Origin: Oscillospiraceae bacterium
GTDB taxonomy: Bacteria > Bacillota > Clostridia > Oscillospirales > CAG-272
DNA: 35,106 nt
Assembly (NCBI GenBank): GCA_015065045.1
Contig: SVRB01000002.1
Location: forward strand, 1 to 35,106
Direction of reading: 5' to 3'
Of the stretch, positions 1-9,316 are shown in pieces. The first letter of the stretch is position 1. Each line of letters starts with the position of its first letter. The notes beneath the pieces were generated by a model. That model was not told where the DNA came from, did no database searches, and worked only from the letters and a program-made list of their open reading frames with translations. The translations under genes and the position numbers were made by a program.

Positions 1-118
1 GACGCTTAACCTCACCCGAAGACCATGATCTGATCTTTTCGGGGTCAGCCAGACTAATGCGTATAGAGTCAAATATATTATGTTCCATGCTCTGTTCCAT
101 TTTCTTTTCTCCTTCCAT
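1..118 (-). CDS. rpoC: DNA-directed RNA polymerase subunit beta-prime, N-terminal fragment running off the window
   Basis: The minus-strand frame from the ATG at 118-116 reads [39 protein letters not shown]. This matches the conserved RpoC N-terminus (IRIxLASPExIRSWSxGEVKK). The ATG overlaps the rpoB stop as ATGA, and the position downstream of rpoB is the canonical one. Confidence 0.85.
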   Translation of the reverse strand, partial: MEGEKKMEQSMEHNIFDSIRISLADPEKIRSWSSGEVKR

Positions 119-3100
119 CAGTCATCACCCAAATCATCGTCGTAATCCTCTCCGTCATCGTCGGAGTAGTATTCGTCATCATCGTCTATATCTTCTTCAA
201 CGAAGTTGTCCATAACGTCATCAGTTACAACACTTTCGCCTACTTCTTCTGCAGTTACGTAAGTTCCTGCTTCGCTCTCGTCTTCACCGATCTTAGCAAG
301 CTCAATTTCATTTCCGTCCTTATCCAAAACGCAAACATCAAGAGCAAGTGCCTGGAGTTCCTTAACAAGAACCTTGAATGATTCGGGAATACCGGGACGA
401 GGAATGTTCTGTCCCTTAACGATAGCCTCGTATGTCTTAACACGTCCTGTAACGTCGTCAGACTTAACGGTAAGAATTTCCTGAAGTGTGTATGCAGCAC
501 CGTAAGCTTCAAGTGCCCAAACTTCCATTTCACCGAAACGCTGACCGCCGAACTGAGCTTTACCGCCCAAAGGCTGCTGTGTAACAAGCGCATAAGGACC
601 TGTAGAACGAGCGTGGATCTTATCGTCAACGAGGTGGTGGAGCTTGAGGTAGTACATTACACCAACTGTAACGGGGTTATCGAACGCTTCACCTGTTCTG
701 CCGTCGTAAAGAATTGACTTACCGTCAACAATCTTGAGCTTTCCTGCTTCAAGAAGTTCTTTCATATATTCTTCGTTAGCAACTTCTTCATCCGCAAGTC
801 TTCTGATATCCTTGTCTCCGTTGTCGTTTATAACTTCTTCGAACAAAGGCTTGCCTGTAACGTTTTCGTTAGGCAATACATCACGGTAAAGTCCTGCCAT
901 TGTAAGACATTCTGTAATATCCTTTTCTGTTGCACCGTCGAATACGGGAGTCATAACCTTCCAGCCCATCTTTCTCGCAGCCATACCGAGATGCACTTCA
1001 AGCACCTGACCAATATTCATTCGAGAAGGAACGCCGAGGGGGTTAAGAACTATATCAAGGGGAGTACCGTCTGCCAAGAAAGGCATATCTTCGGGAGGAA
1101 GAATACGTGAAACGACACCCTTGTTACCGTGACGTCCGGCCATCTTGTCACCTACGGAAATCTTTCTCTTCTGCGCAACGTATACCTTTACTACCTTGTT
1201 TACGCCGGGAGGAAGATCATCGGAGTTGTCTCTTGAGAATACTTTTACGTCAACAACAACACCCGATTCACCGTGAGGCAATCTGAGAGACGTATCTCTT
1301 ACTTCTCTTGCCTTTTCACCGAAAATAGCGCGGAGAAGTCTTTCTTCTGCTGTAAGGTCTGTTTCACCCTTAGGTGTAACCTTACCTACAAGAATATCGC
1401 CTGCCTTTACTTCTGTACCCTTTCTTACGATACCTTCAGGAGTCAAATCCTTGAGACCGTCAGCACCAACGTTGGGGATTTCACAAGTAATTTCTTCCGG
1501 ACCAAGCTTTGTGTCACGGGATTCATGCGAATATTCTTCTATATGAATAGATGTATATACATCATCACGAACAAGACGTTCGTTAAGCAATACAGCGTCC
1601 TCGTAGTTATAACCTTCCCAAGTCATAAATCCGATGAGCGCGTTCTTACCGAGAGCAATTTCGCCCTTATCTGTAGCGGGACCGTCTGCGATAACCTGTC
1701 CCTTTTCGATATACTCACCGCATTTTACTATCGGGATCTGGTTAATACAAGTACCCTGGTTAGATCTCTTAAACTTGATAAGTCTGTAAGCGTCTTTTCT
1801 ACCGCTTGATGTACGGATAATGATCTCATCAGCACATACGCGTTCAACAAGACCGCCTTCTTTTGCAACTACAACAACACCTGAGTCAACAGCTGCCTTG
1901 TACTCCATACCTGTACCAACGATAGGAGAATCTGTTACAAACAACGGAACTGCCTGCTTCTGCATGTTTGAACCCATCAACGCACGAGAGTTGTCGTCGT
2001 TTTCAAGGAAGGGGATCATAGCTGTAGCAACAGATACAACCATCTTAGGAGATACGTCCATGTAATCGCCCTGAGATGCATCTATTTCAATGATATCAGC
2101 CTGATGTCTTGCAGTTACTCTCTTGTTTACAAACTTATTGTCTTCTGTCAAAGGCTCGTTAGCCTGAACAACAGTATAGTTATCTTCTATATCAGCTGTC
2201 ATATATTCAACTTCATCAAGAACTACGCCTGTTTCTTTATCTATACGTCTGTAAGGCGCTTCGATAAATCCGTAATCGTTAATTCTCGCATAAGTTGAAA
2301 GATATGAAATCAAACCGATGTTAGGACCTTCGGGAGTTTCGATAGGACACATTCTACCATAGTGTGTATAGTGAACGTCACGAACTTCGAAGGACGCACG
2401 GTCTCTTGAAAGACCACCGGGACCGAGAGCTGACAAACGACGCTTGTGTGTAAGCTCTGCCAAGGGATTGTTCTGGTCCATAAACTGTGACAACGGTGAT
2501 GAACCGAAGAATTCACGGATAGCAGTAACAACAGGTCTTATATTAATGAGATTTTCAGGGCTCAATGTATCGTTGTCCTGAATTGTCATTCTTTCCTTAA
2601 CGATCTTGTCCATACGTGAGAAACCGATTCTGAGCTGGTTCTGGAGAAGCTCACCAACACAGCGCAAACGACGGTTACCCAAATGGTCAATGTCATCAAC
2701 TGTTCCGATATCATGAGCGAGACCAACGAGATAGTTGATCGATGCAAAAATATCATCCTTTGTTATATGCTTAGGAGAAAGCTCAGCAATTCTTGCCTTA
2801 GCTTCTTCAATAATTCTTTCCTTATCGCCTTCGCAGCTTTCAGCGATTTCGAGCATAACAGAAAGTCTTGCCTTTTCGTTTATGCCTGCTTCCTTAAGAT
2901 CAAAGCCGAATACAGTTTCAGGATATACCATACCGTTAGAGAATATCTTAAGCGTATTTCCGTCCTGTGTATATACTGTAGCTTCGTTAACACCGCACTT
3001 TTCGATATTCATCGCAATTTCGCGTGTTATTTCTACACCGGCATCGTAAAGGAACTCACCTGTAATGGGGCTTACAACGGGAAGAGCAAGTGTTCTGCCT

Positions 3101-3981
3101 GTCAATCTGTTTGCAATTCCCATCTTCTTATCAAACTTGTATCTACCAACGTTTGCAAGGTCGTAACGTTTGGGATCAAAGAAGAGGTTGTTTATAAGAA
3201 TCTGCGCGCTTTCAACCAACGGAGGTTCACCGGGACGAAGCTTCTTATAGATTTCCTTCAACGCTTCATCACCAACAGTTGTTCCGTTCTTCTGCGCTTC
3301 CTGATTCATGCCGTCCTTTTCAAGAGTCTGAACGATCTTGGGATCTTCACCGAACAATGCCTTAACTTCAGCATCACTCTCAACGCCCAAAGCACGAATA
3401 AGTACAGTTACGGGAATCTTACGGTTTTTATCTATACGAACGTAGAATACGTCATTTGCATCTGTTTCGTATTCAAGCCATGCACCGCGATAAGGAATAA
3501 CAGTAGCAGTGTAAAGCTTCTTACCTGTCTTATCAATTGTACTATCATAGTACATACCGGGTGAACGAACGATCTGAGAAACAATTACTCTTTCAGCGCC
3601 GTTGATTACGAACGTTCCGTTTTCGGTCATAAGCGGGAAATCGCCCATAAATACGTTCTTGTCAACAACTTCTCCCGTTTCCTTATTGTACATACGTACA
3701 GTAACTCTCAACGGAACAGCATAGTTTACGTCTCTTTCCTTACATTCTTCAACAGGGTACTTGGGGTTGGGATCAACTGTATAATCCACAAACTCAATGT
3801 AAATATTGCCGGAATAGTCAACAATAGGTGACACATCACGCAATACTTCCTTCAGACCTTCTTCAAGGAACCACTGATATGATTTTTTCTGTACCTCAAT
3901 CAAATTGGGCATGTCGAGCGTTTCGTCGATTTTAGAAAAACTCATTCTTACATTTGTTCCAAGCTTATGGGGCTTGACCAT
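118..3981 (-). CDS. rpoB: DNA-directed RNA polymerase subunit beta
   Basis: A 1287-aa ORF carries unmistakable RpoB blocks ([62 protein letters not shown]). It has an acidic C-terminal tail. Confidence 0.98.
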   Translation of the reverse strand: MVKPHKLGTNVRMSFSKIDETLDMPNLIEVQKKSYQWFLEEGLKEVLRDVSPIVDYSGNIYIEFVDYTVDPNPKYPVEECKERDVNYAVPLRVTVRMYNKETGEVVDKNVFMGDFPLMTENGTFVINGAERVIVSQIVRSPGMYYDSTIDKTGKKLYTATVIPYRGAWLEYETDANDVFYVRIDKNRKIPVTVLIRALGVESDAEVKALFGEDPKIVQTLEKDGMNQEAQKNGTTVGDEALKEIYKKLRPGEPPLVESAQILINNLFFDPKRYDLANVGRYKFDKKMGIANRLTGRTLALPVVSPITGEFLYDAGVEITREIAMNIEKCGVNEATVYTQDGNTLKIFSNGMVYPETVFGFDLKEAGINEKARLSVMLEIAESCEGDKERIIEEAKARIAELSPKHITKDDIFASINYLVGLAHDIGTVDDIDHLGNRRLRCVGELLQNQLRIGFSRMDKIVKERMTIQDNDTLSPENLINIRPVVTAIREFFGSSPLSQFMDQNNPLAELTHKRRLSALGPGGLSRDRASFEVRDVHYTHYGRMCPIETPEGPNIGLISYLSTYARINDYGFIEAPYRRIDKETGVVLDEVEYMTADIEDNYTVVQANEPLTEDNKFVNKRVTARHQADIIEIDASQGDYMDVSPKMVVSVATAMIPFLENDDNSRALMGSNMQKQAVPLFVTDSPIVGTGMEYKAAVDSGVVVVAKEGGLVERVCADEIIIRTSSGRKDAYRLIKFKRSNQGTCINQIPIVKCGEYIEKGQVIADGPATDKGEIALGKNALIGFMTWEGYNYEDAVLLNERLVRDDVYTSIHIEEYSHESRDTKLGPEEITCEIPNVGADGLKDLTPEGIVRKGTEVKAGDILVGKVTPKGETDLTAEERLLRAIFGEKAREVRDTSLRLPHGESGVVVDVKVFSRDNSDDLPPGVNKVVKVYVAQKRKISVGDKMAGRHGNKGVVSRILPPEDMPFLADGTPLDIVLNPLGVPSRMNIGQVLEVHLGMAARKMGWKVMTPVFDGATEKDITECLTMAGLYRDVLPNENVTGKPLFEEVINDNGDKDIRRLADEEVANEEYMKELLEAGKLKIVDGKSILYDGRTGEAFDNPVTVGVMYYLKLHHLVDDKIHARSTGPYALVTQQPLGGKAQFGGQRFGEMEVWALEAYGAAYTLQEILTVKSDDVTGRVKTYEAIVKGQNIPRPGIPESFKVLVKELQALALDVCVLDKDGNEIELAKIGEDESEAGTYVTAEEVGESVVTDDVMDNFVEEDIDDDDEYYSDDDGEDYDDDLGDD

Positions 3982-4256
3982 GCAACAATCACTCCATTCA
4001 AATTAATAGGCATACCAAAAAGTCCCCCTGGCCTACACTCTTTTTTTCTTCCGCTACCCCTACGGCATGCTGGTTACAGCCGAATTATAAGCTGCGGAAA
4101 AATCAAAGACTGCACTCCACGGAAATCCAGTGGTATGTCCTCAACATTCATTATTCAGAAACCGCTTTGTTTAAAAAAAGCAGTATACTTTCTTTGTTTT
4201 TTCAACCCATAGTGTTTTCGGAACCTCTTCTGATAACACTATTCGGGCAGTATATA

Positions 4257-4285
4257 ATATTATCATTATTTACAATAATTGTCAA
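4257..4285 (-). promoter_or_regulatory. Candidate sigma-A promoter for rpoB (TTGACA-17-TAATAT)
   Basis: On the minus strand the -35 TTGACA lies at 4285-4280 and the -10 TAATAT at 4262-4257, with a 17-nt spacer. This would give a 5' leader of about 270 nt. Confidence 0.5.
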
Positions 4286-4350
4286 CAGATTTTTCTCCCC
4301 TGAACTAAAATTAACAAAAAATTAATATTTCAAAAAAATTACAAAAAGAC

Positions 4351-4379
4351 TTGATTTTTGGCAAAAAGTATGGTAGTAT
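4351..4379 (+). promoter_or_regulatory. Candidate promoter for rpsT (TTGATT-17-TAGTAT with TGn extension)
   Basis: The -35 TTGATT is at 4351-4356 and the -10 TAGTAT at 4374-4379. An extended -10 TG sits at 4371-4372. Confidence 0.55.
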
Positions 4380-4422
4380 ATACACTTGATAGACGTAGAA
4401 GTTATTCAGGGAGGTGAAATAC

Positions 4423-4689
4423 ATGCCTAACATTAAGTCCGCAAAGAAGCGTGTTAAAACTATCGAGGCTAAAACCTTACAGAACAAAATGCTTAAAACT
4501 GCTCTCAAAACTGCTATAAAGAAGTACGAAGCAGCTATCGAAGCAGGCGAAAAGGAAGTTGCAGCAGAAACATACAAGGCTGCTGTTAAGAAGCTTGACA
4601 AGGCAGTTGCACAGGGTCTTCTCCACAAGAACGCTGCAGCTCGTAAAAAGAGTCAGTTCACTCGCAAGCTCAACTCAGTAAACGCGTAA
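4423..4689 (+). CDS. rpsT: 30S ribosomal protein S20
   Basis: The product MPNIKSAKKRVKTIEAKTLQNKMLKT... is a typical S20. A GGGAGG RBS at 4409-4414 precedes the ATG at 4423. The tracked ORF start at 4414 is a GTG lying inside the RBS. Confidence 0.95.
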   Translation: MPNIKSAKKRVKTIEAKTLQNKMLKTALKTAIKKYEAAIEAGEKEVAAETYKAAVKKLDKAVAQGLLHKNAAARKKSQFTRKLNSVNA

Positions 4690-4704
4690 GTTTAGACAAT
4701 GAAT

Positions 4705-4745
4705 ATGCTAACTCATTTAAACGTGAGTTAGCATTTTTATTTTTC
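4705..4745 (+). terminator. Intrinsic terminator of rpsT
   Basis: An 11-bp stem (atgctaactca / tgagttagcat) with an 8-nt loop is followed by a T-run. Confidence 0.8.
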
Positions 4746-4759
4746 TGCAGAAACAACAC

Positions 4760-4793
4760 AAAATAAAAAATGCACACCAACGTGTGCATTTTT
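4760..4793 (-). terminator. Intrinsic terminator of the Wzz-like gene
   Basis: The stem tgcacac / gtgtgca has a caac loop and is flanked by A and T runs. On the minus strand it is followed by a T-run, 5 nt after the stop at 4798. Confidence 0.7.
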
Positions 4794-4797
4794 GCTT

Positions 4798-5532
4798 TTA
4801 TTGATATGTCGAATAACCGTCTCTTCTCTTTCTGGCAGCCGACTCAAAATTAGGAATCGTTCCCAAAACAGACAAGCCGTATTTTTCCTTAACAACTTCA
4901 CCATCAGAAATAGTGTTATCAAAATACATAATTATAAGTATAACAAAACAAGATATAGCAAAGGATACAATCAAGCCGAGTGCAACATTTCTTACAACGT
5001 TAGGGGAAACAGGCAGAGGATTCACCTTAGCGCCATCTTCCTCGAGTATCGAAACACCGATACCTGCAACGTTACGAACGATCATATCAGGAGCTTCAGC
5101 AGCAACTATGTTACAAACCAAAGCAGATAACTCGGGATCATCAGTTTTTGAAACCACTTCTATAAAGTTGGATTCGCCCATCTGAGAATAGGAAATCGCT
5201 GCCTTTATTTCCTTAGCAGTAAACTCTTCGCCTGTTTGCTCCTCAAGTCTTGTAGCAACCTTCTCAATCATCTCATCATGCTCAAGAACAAGCACACAGC
5301 TTTCTACGAGTTTCAAGGTTGTTTGAATGTCATTTATATTAACACCGGATGTCCAGTCTGTATTGTTAACGCTAATAGTAACCTTTGATGAGTACATTGG
5401 TGTTGCAACAAACGTAGAATAAGCAAATGCACCGGACGCGCCAATAATGCAACACAATAAAATAATCAACCAATTATCGAGCACTCTTTTGAAATAGGCC
5501 TTTAAATCAAAGTTTTCCATCGTCTTCTCCAT
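4798..5532 (-). CDS. Wzz / CpsC / YwqC-type polysaccharide co-polymerase (tyrosine-kinase modulator family)
   Basis: The 244-aa product has an N-terminal TM segment followed by the PMYSSKVTISV motif, a periplasmic-type domain, a second TM segment, and the C-terminal LGTIPNF juxtamembrane segment typical of Firmicute CapA/CpsC modulators. Confidence 0.75.
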   Translation of the reverse strand: MEKTMENFDLKAYFKRVLDNWLIILLCCIIGASGAFAYSTFVATPMYSSKVTISVNNTDWTSGVNINDIQTTLKLVESCVLVLEHDEMIEKVATRLEEQTGEEFTAKEIKAAISYSQMGESNFIEVVSKTDDPELSALVCNIVAAEAPDMIVRNVAGIGVSILEEDGAKVNPLPVSPNVVRNVALGLIVSFAISCFVILIIMYFDNTISDGEVVKEKYGLSVLGTIPNFESAARKRRDGYSTYQ

Positions 5533-5573
5533 AATACTTCCCTTTCATTGTAATTAGAGTATCAACTTTTATC

Positions 5574-5602
5574 AGTATAACACGTTTTTACAAAAAAATC
5601 AA
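5574..5602 (-). promoter_or_regulatory. Candidate promoter of the Wzz-like gene (TTGATT-17-TATACT, TGn extended)
   Basis: On the minus strand the -35 is at 5602-5597 and the -10 at 5579-5574, with a 17-nt spacer. Confidence 0.5.
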
Positions 5603-5728
5603 TACAATTTATCATTTTATTAAATTTATAGTGTTAACTTATTTTTATCAATTTTTTAACATAAACACACGCACCAAACAAACACCGCAGAAAAACTCCC
5701 GAAACATCGGCTATATAGTATAATATGT

Positions 5729-5746
5729 AAATAAATGCATTTATTT
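5729..5746. promoter_or_regulatory. Perfect 18-bp palindrome AAATAAATGCATTTATTT, candidate operator
   Basis: The palindrome was read directly from the sequence. It ends 12 bp upstream of the -35 of the PIG-L/NagB-like operon. Its AT-rich composition weakens its significance. Confidence 0.3.
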
Positions 5747-5758
5747 CTTGAAATATTC

Positions 5759-5787
5759 TTGACATAGTTTGAAAGGTGTAGTATCAT
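5759..5787 (+). promoter_or_regulatory. Candidate promoter of the PIG-L/NagB-like operon (TTGACA-17-TATCAT)
   Basis: The -35 TTGACA is at 5759-5764 and the -10 TATCAT at 5782-5787. Confidence 0.55.
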
Positions 5788-5858
5788 TAAAGGGTATAGA
5801 TCACTTACGCGTTATTTATAAAATTACGCTATTTTTACTATAAGGAGATGCAAATATA

Positions 5859-6563
5859 ATGAAGGTATTAGCAATAGGATGCCATCCCGATGATATCGAA
5901 ATCGGATGTGCAGGAACTCTCGCAAAATATAAAAAGCTCGGTCACGAAGTTACCGTTGTTCACGTTTGTAACGGAAACCTCGGACACGTTATAATCGAAC
6001 CCGAAGAACTCGGCAAAATGCGTATTCAGGAAGCTAAGAACGCAGGCGCTCTTGCAGGCATCAACGTAAGAACACTTGATATCGGCGACCTTCTTGTTTA
6101 CGGAGATCACAAAGAACAGAGAGACAAGATGACAGCGCTCATCGCAGAAGAACAGCCTGACGTTATCATCACACACTGCCCCGACGACTATATGCCCGAC
6201 CACAACGCAGTAAGCCAGCTTGTTTTTGATGCTGCATTCGCTGCAAGTGTTGCGCATTACCCCGCTGTAAACAACAACCCCGCAAAAGTAACTCCCATAT
6301 ACTATATGGACACTCTTGCAGGTGTAGGCTCACTTCCCACAGAATACGTTGATATTTCCGAATTCATTGACCTTAAGCTCGAAATGCTCGAATGTCACGA
6401 AAGCCAGCTTACCTGGATGCGCGATCACGACAACATCGACTTTGCTGAATTTGTAAAGACATGCGCTCGTTTCCGCGGTATTCAGTGTGGCGTTCAGTAT
6501 GCAGAAGCATTTACAAAATGCATGTTCTGGCCTAAGGTTGTTCCCGGAACACTTCTCCCTTAA
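5859..6563 (+). CDS. PIG-L (LmbE) family N-acetyl-sugar deacetylase
   Basis: The N-terminal sequence KVLAIGCHPDDIEIGCAG carries the [AP]HPDD zinc-site motif of the PIG-L family. The product is 234 aa, and an AAGGAG RBS is present. Confidence 0.85.
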   Translation: MKVLAIGCHPDDIEIGCAGTLAKYKKLGHEVTVVHVCNGNLGHVIIEPEELGKMRIQEAKNAGALAGINVRTLDIGDLLVYGDHKEQRDKMTALIAEEQPDVIITHCPDDYMPDHNAVSQLVFDAAFAASVAHYPAVNNNPAKVTPIYYMDTLAGVGSLPTEYVDISEFIDLKLEMLECHESQLTWMRDHDNIDFAEFVKTCARFRGIQCGVQYAEAFTKCMFWPKVVPGTLLP

Positions 6564-6611
6564 GAAAATAATTAAATAAAAATAATATATATTATAGGAG
6601 GTTCATTTAAT

Positions 6612-7562
6612 ATGGATTTCATGTCAACCGTTAAAGGTTCATTACTCGAAGGTTTCTACCCTGCAGGTTGGGATTTCGACAAGATCAACGCTTGTATGGA
6701 TTTTGCTCCCGAATCAGCAACAGAACCCCAGTCATTCTGGCACAAGGATTTCACTCCCGTTAAGTGCGACAACATCTATGCATTCGACACACTTATGGGT
6801 CACGAAATTGCTCTCAAGATCAAAGAAGCTAAAGAGGCAGGAGAAAAAATCGCTTTCATTCTTCCCGTAGGTCCTATGGGTATGTACAAGTGGGCTGTTT
6901 ACTTCCTCAGAGAATGGAAGATCAAGTGCGACCACGTTTACACATTTAACATGGACGAATGGGCAGATAGCGAAGGCAACACACTTCCTTCAACAAACAA
7001 GGCTGCTTTCCAGTGCGCTATGGAAGATGCATTCTTCAATCCCCTCGGTGAATATACAATCCCCAAGGATCAGAGAAACTTTGCTACAAAAGCAAATCTC
7101 CCCACATATCCTGAAAAGATCGCAGCTCTCAAAGCTGAAGGCGCAAAGCTTATCCTCGTATTCGGCGTAGGTAGAATGTGTCATATCGCATTCTGGGAAC
7201 CCCAGTTTGCTGCAGAATTTGCAACAGATGAAGAATGGAAGAAGCAGTGCTACCGTATCGGTGCTAAACTCCATCCCCTTACAATCGAACAGAACGCTAT
7301 CACAAGCTTCAAGTCACGTACACCCCTCGTTCCTTGCCGTGCGAACACAATCGGCCCCGGCCTCTTCTTGCAGGCTGACTACATCATCGGCGGATGCGAC
7401 GGCGTATTCAACCGTGGTATGCAGTGGCAGGGCATGAGCTTCTGGATGACTCTCCGTCACGGTCCTACAAGATGGATCCCCTCCAGCTATATGCCTACAA
7501 TGCCCGGTAAGTTGTTCTTCCTCGAAGACCTTGCTGGTCCTCTTAACGCTGAATGTAACTAA
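6612..7562 (+). CDS. Glucosamine-6-phosphate deaminase/isomerase (NagB / SugarP-isomerase) superfamily protein, long form
   Basis: The blocks [11 protein letters not shown] and FNMDEWAD resemble the NagB core (xxLxTGxTP, FNLDEY). At 316 aa it is longer than classical NagB. An AGGAGG RBS is present and it is co-oriented 48 nt after the PIG-L gene. Confidence 0.7.
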   Translation: MDFMSTVKGSLLEGFYPAGWDFDKINACMDFAPESATEPQSFWHKDFTPVKCDNIYAFDTLMGHEIALKIKEAKEAGEKIAFILPVGPMGMYKWAVYFLREWKIKCDHVYTFNMDEWADSEGNTLPSTNKAAFQCAMEDAFFNPLGEYTIPKDQRNFATKANLPTYPEKIAALKAEGAKLILVFGVGRMCHIAFWEPQFAAEFATDEEWKKQCYRIGAKLHPLTIEQNAITSFKSRTPLVPCRANTIGPGLFLQADYIIGGCDGVFNRGMQWQGMSFWMTLRHGPTRWIPSSYMPTMPGKLFFLEDLAGPLNAECN

Positions 7563-7580
7563 TAATATTACATTATTAAA

Positions 7581-7609
7581 ATTCCTCGCTATGCGAGGAA
7601 TTTTTTTAT
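7581..7609 (+). terminator. Intrinsic terminator of the PIG-L/NagB-like operon
   Basis: A 10-bp stem (aattcctcgc / gcgaggaatt) with a tat loop is followed by a T7 run. Confidence 0.8.
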
Positions 7610-7621
7610 ACATAAATTATA

Positions 7622-7655
7622 TAACACAAAAAAGCTCCGCAGTAATGCGGAGCTT
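7622..7655 (-). terminator. Intrinsic terminator of SBP-like lipoprotein 1
   Basis: A 10-bp stem (aagctccgca / tgcggagctt) with a 4-nt loop is followed by a T-run on the minus strand. Confidence 0.75.
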
Positions 7656-7671
7656 AATATGTCTAATTTAA

Positions 7672-9153
7672 TTAGGACAAGTCGAACTTGCTGTATGTAC
7701 TCTTAATATCAGCTTCGATAGCCTTCTGAATTCTCTTGTAGTTAGTGTTGAGGCTCTGAGATCTTACGTCAAGGTCGATGAGCTTCAATCTAAGACCACC
7801 AAAGTCATAGTACAAACCAACGTCATATACACGGCCATTCTTGATAAGTTCAAGGTTAGCTTCGGATTCCGTATCCTGTGTATATCTTCTCTTAAGAAGC
7901 TTGTCGTACCAGCAACCCTTAAGGTCAAGGCTTGACAAGTAGTTCATATCTTCAATGATATTTGCTGCTCTTTCAAGTTCTTCGCCTTCAAGTGTGTTAG
8001 GCATAGCGAACATTGCGCAGTACAACGGATACATTGATGTGTATTTTTCCTGATTTTCGTCATACTTAGGGAAAGGAACGATACCGAATTCGCTTTCCAT
8101 ATCAGCGAACTGGTGGATAATGTTTGTACCTTCATAGTGGAAGAGGTAGAGGTCCTGACAGAACAATGAACGCATGTAGTCCCACTTATCAGGGTATCCA
8201 TGGCTTTCACCGCTCATATCATTGATACACCAAGACGAAGAAGATGCAAATACATCCTTACACTTCTCGATTACGTTTACAGCCTTATTTGTTTCAAACA
8301 ATGTAACTACAGGCTTACCTGTTGCATCGTTTGTTGTAGCTCTAACGCCTGAACCGTAAAGGAACATTCTTCCGTTATGGAACTCATAAATTGTACCGTA
8401 TCTGTCGGTTTCAGTCATCGAACCGTCACCGTTTACGTCATCACTTATAGACTGTACAAGGTTTGACCAGTTATCAATTGTCCACTGGCCTTCTTCCATG
8501 TACTCATAAGGGCTCTTAAGTTCCTTATCCTTAATAAGCTGCTTGTTGAAGTATACAACGAATGCAAGCTCCTGAACGTTAAGGTCACAGTTTGTGAAGT
8601 AAAGCTTGTTACCAATCTTAAGGTCGTTAGCTGCGTTGCCATCCCAATATGACTTTGTCATATCAAATCTGTCAACACTGTTAAGGTCGAGAAGAAGGTT
8701 TTCTCTTGCCAATGTAGCAAGGTCTTTTGCTGTACCGATGATCGCATCAAACTCAGTACTACCACCCATTACCTGTGAACGAACAGTTGTAATAAGGTCT
8801 TTAACCTTCATCTGATTGAAAGTAACGTTATACTTTCTTGTAAGGTCGCTGTTACGTCTGTATACAGCATCAAGAATATGGTTACCTGTTTCACCGTCGG
8901 AAACCAAGTAGTTTACCGAATAAGCGCCGGTTCCATCCAAGTACGGCTGGCAGATGAATGTGAATTCATATCCGTCATAGTCTTGCCCTTCGATGTTGGG
9001 GTTTTCTTCATTGTGGTTTGTAATAAACCATTCTCCATTCTCTGACTGAGCGCCTGCAGGATTTTTCTTTCCACCGCAAGCTGCCAAAGAGGATACTACT
9101 GTAATTACAACCAAAAGAAGAGCCAACAATCTTGCTAAAGATGTTTTTTTCAT
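7672..9153 (-). CDS. Lipoprotein resembling an extracellular solute-binding protein (paralog 1)
   Basis: The 493-aa product has a signal peptide with lipobox LAAC|GG. Its size and the GIVPFPKYD block resemble large family-1 ABC solute-binding lipoproteins. No permease or ATPase gene is adjacent. Confidence 0.8.
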   Translation of the reverse strand: MKKTSLARLLALLLVVITVVSSLAACGGKKNPAGAQSENGEWFITNHNEENPNIEGQDYDGYEFTFICQPYLDGTGAYSVNYLVSDGETGNHILDAVYRRNSDLTRKYNVTFNQMKVKDLITTVRSQVMGGSTEFDAIIGTAKDLATLARENLLLDLNSVDRFDMTKSYWDGNAANDLKIGNKLYFTNCDLNVQELAFVVYFNKQLIKDKELKSPYEYMEEGQWTIDNWSNLVQSISDDVNGDGSMTETDRYGTIYEFHNGRMFLYGSGVRATTNDATGKPVVTLFETNKAVNVIEKCKDVFASSSSWCINDMSGESHGYPDKWDYMRSLFCQDLYLFHYEGTNIIHQFADMESEFGIVPFPKYDENQEKYTSMYPLYCAMFAMPNTLEGEELERAANIIEDMNYLSSLDLKGCWYDKLLKRRYTQDTESEANLELIKNGRVYDVGLYYDFGGLRLKLIDLDVRSQSLNTNYKRIQKAIEADIKSTYSKFDLS

Positions 9154-9193
9154 AGCGAACTCCTTTTAAAGAATTAAAAATAATTGCATATAT

Positions 9194-9222
9194 AGTATAC
9201 CTTCCACCGACTTTTTTGTCAA
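9194..9222 (-). promoter_or_regulatory. Candidate promoter of SBP-like paralog 1 (TTGACA-17-TATACT)
   Basis: On the minus strand the -35 is at 9222-9217 and the -10 at 9199-9194. Confidence 0.6.
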
Positions 9223-9316
9223 TGGTTGTTATACATTTTTAACTTTTTGTTTTTATTTATAGCTGCTTTTTTGTAAATAATTCCTATATTTGTGTTTATT
9301 TCTCAAAAAACAGCTA

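Noticed and set aside
255-3564. Many ORFs of 60-290 aa on both strands inside rpoB, such as 2683-3564 plus and 1273-1809 plus.
   Set aside because: They lie antisense to, or out of frame within, an unambiguous essential gene. They have low-complexity, Cys/Phe/Ser-rich translations and no RBS.
3967-4628. ORFs at 3967-4212 (plus) and 4311-4628 (minus) in the rpoB-rpsT intergenic region.
   Set aside because: They overlap the predicted rpoB leader, the rpsT promoter and the rpsT coding sequence. They have no RBS and implausible composition.
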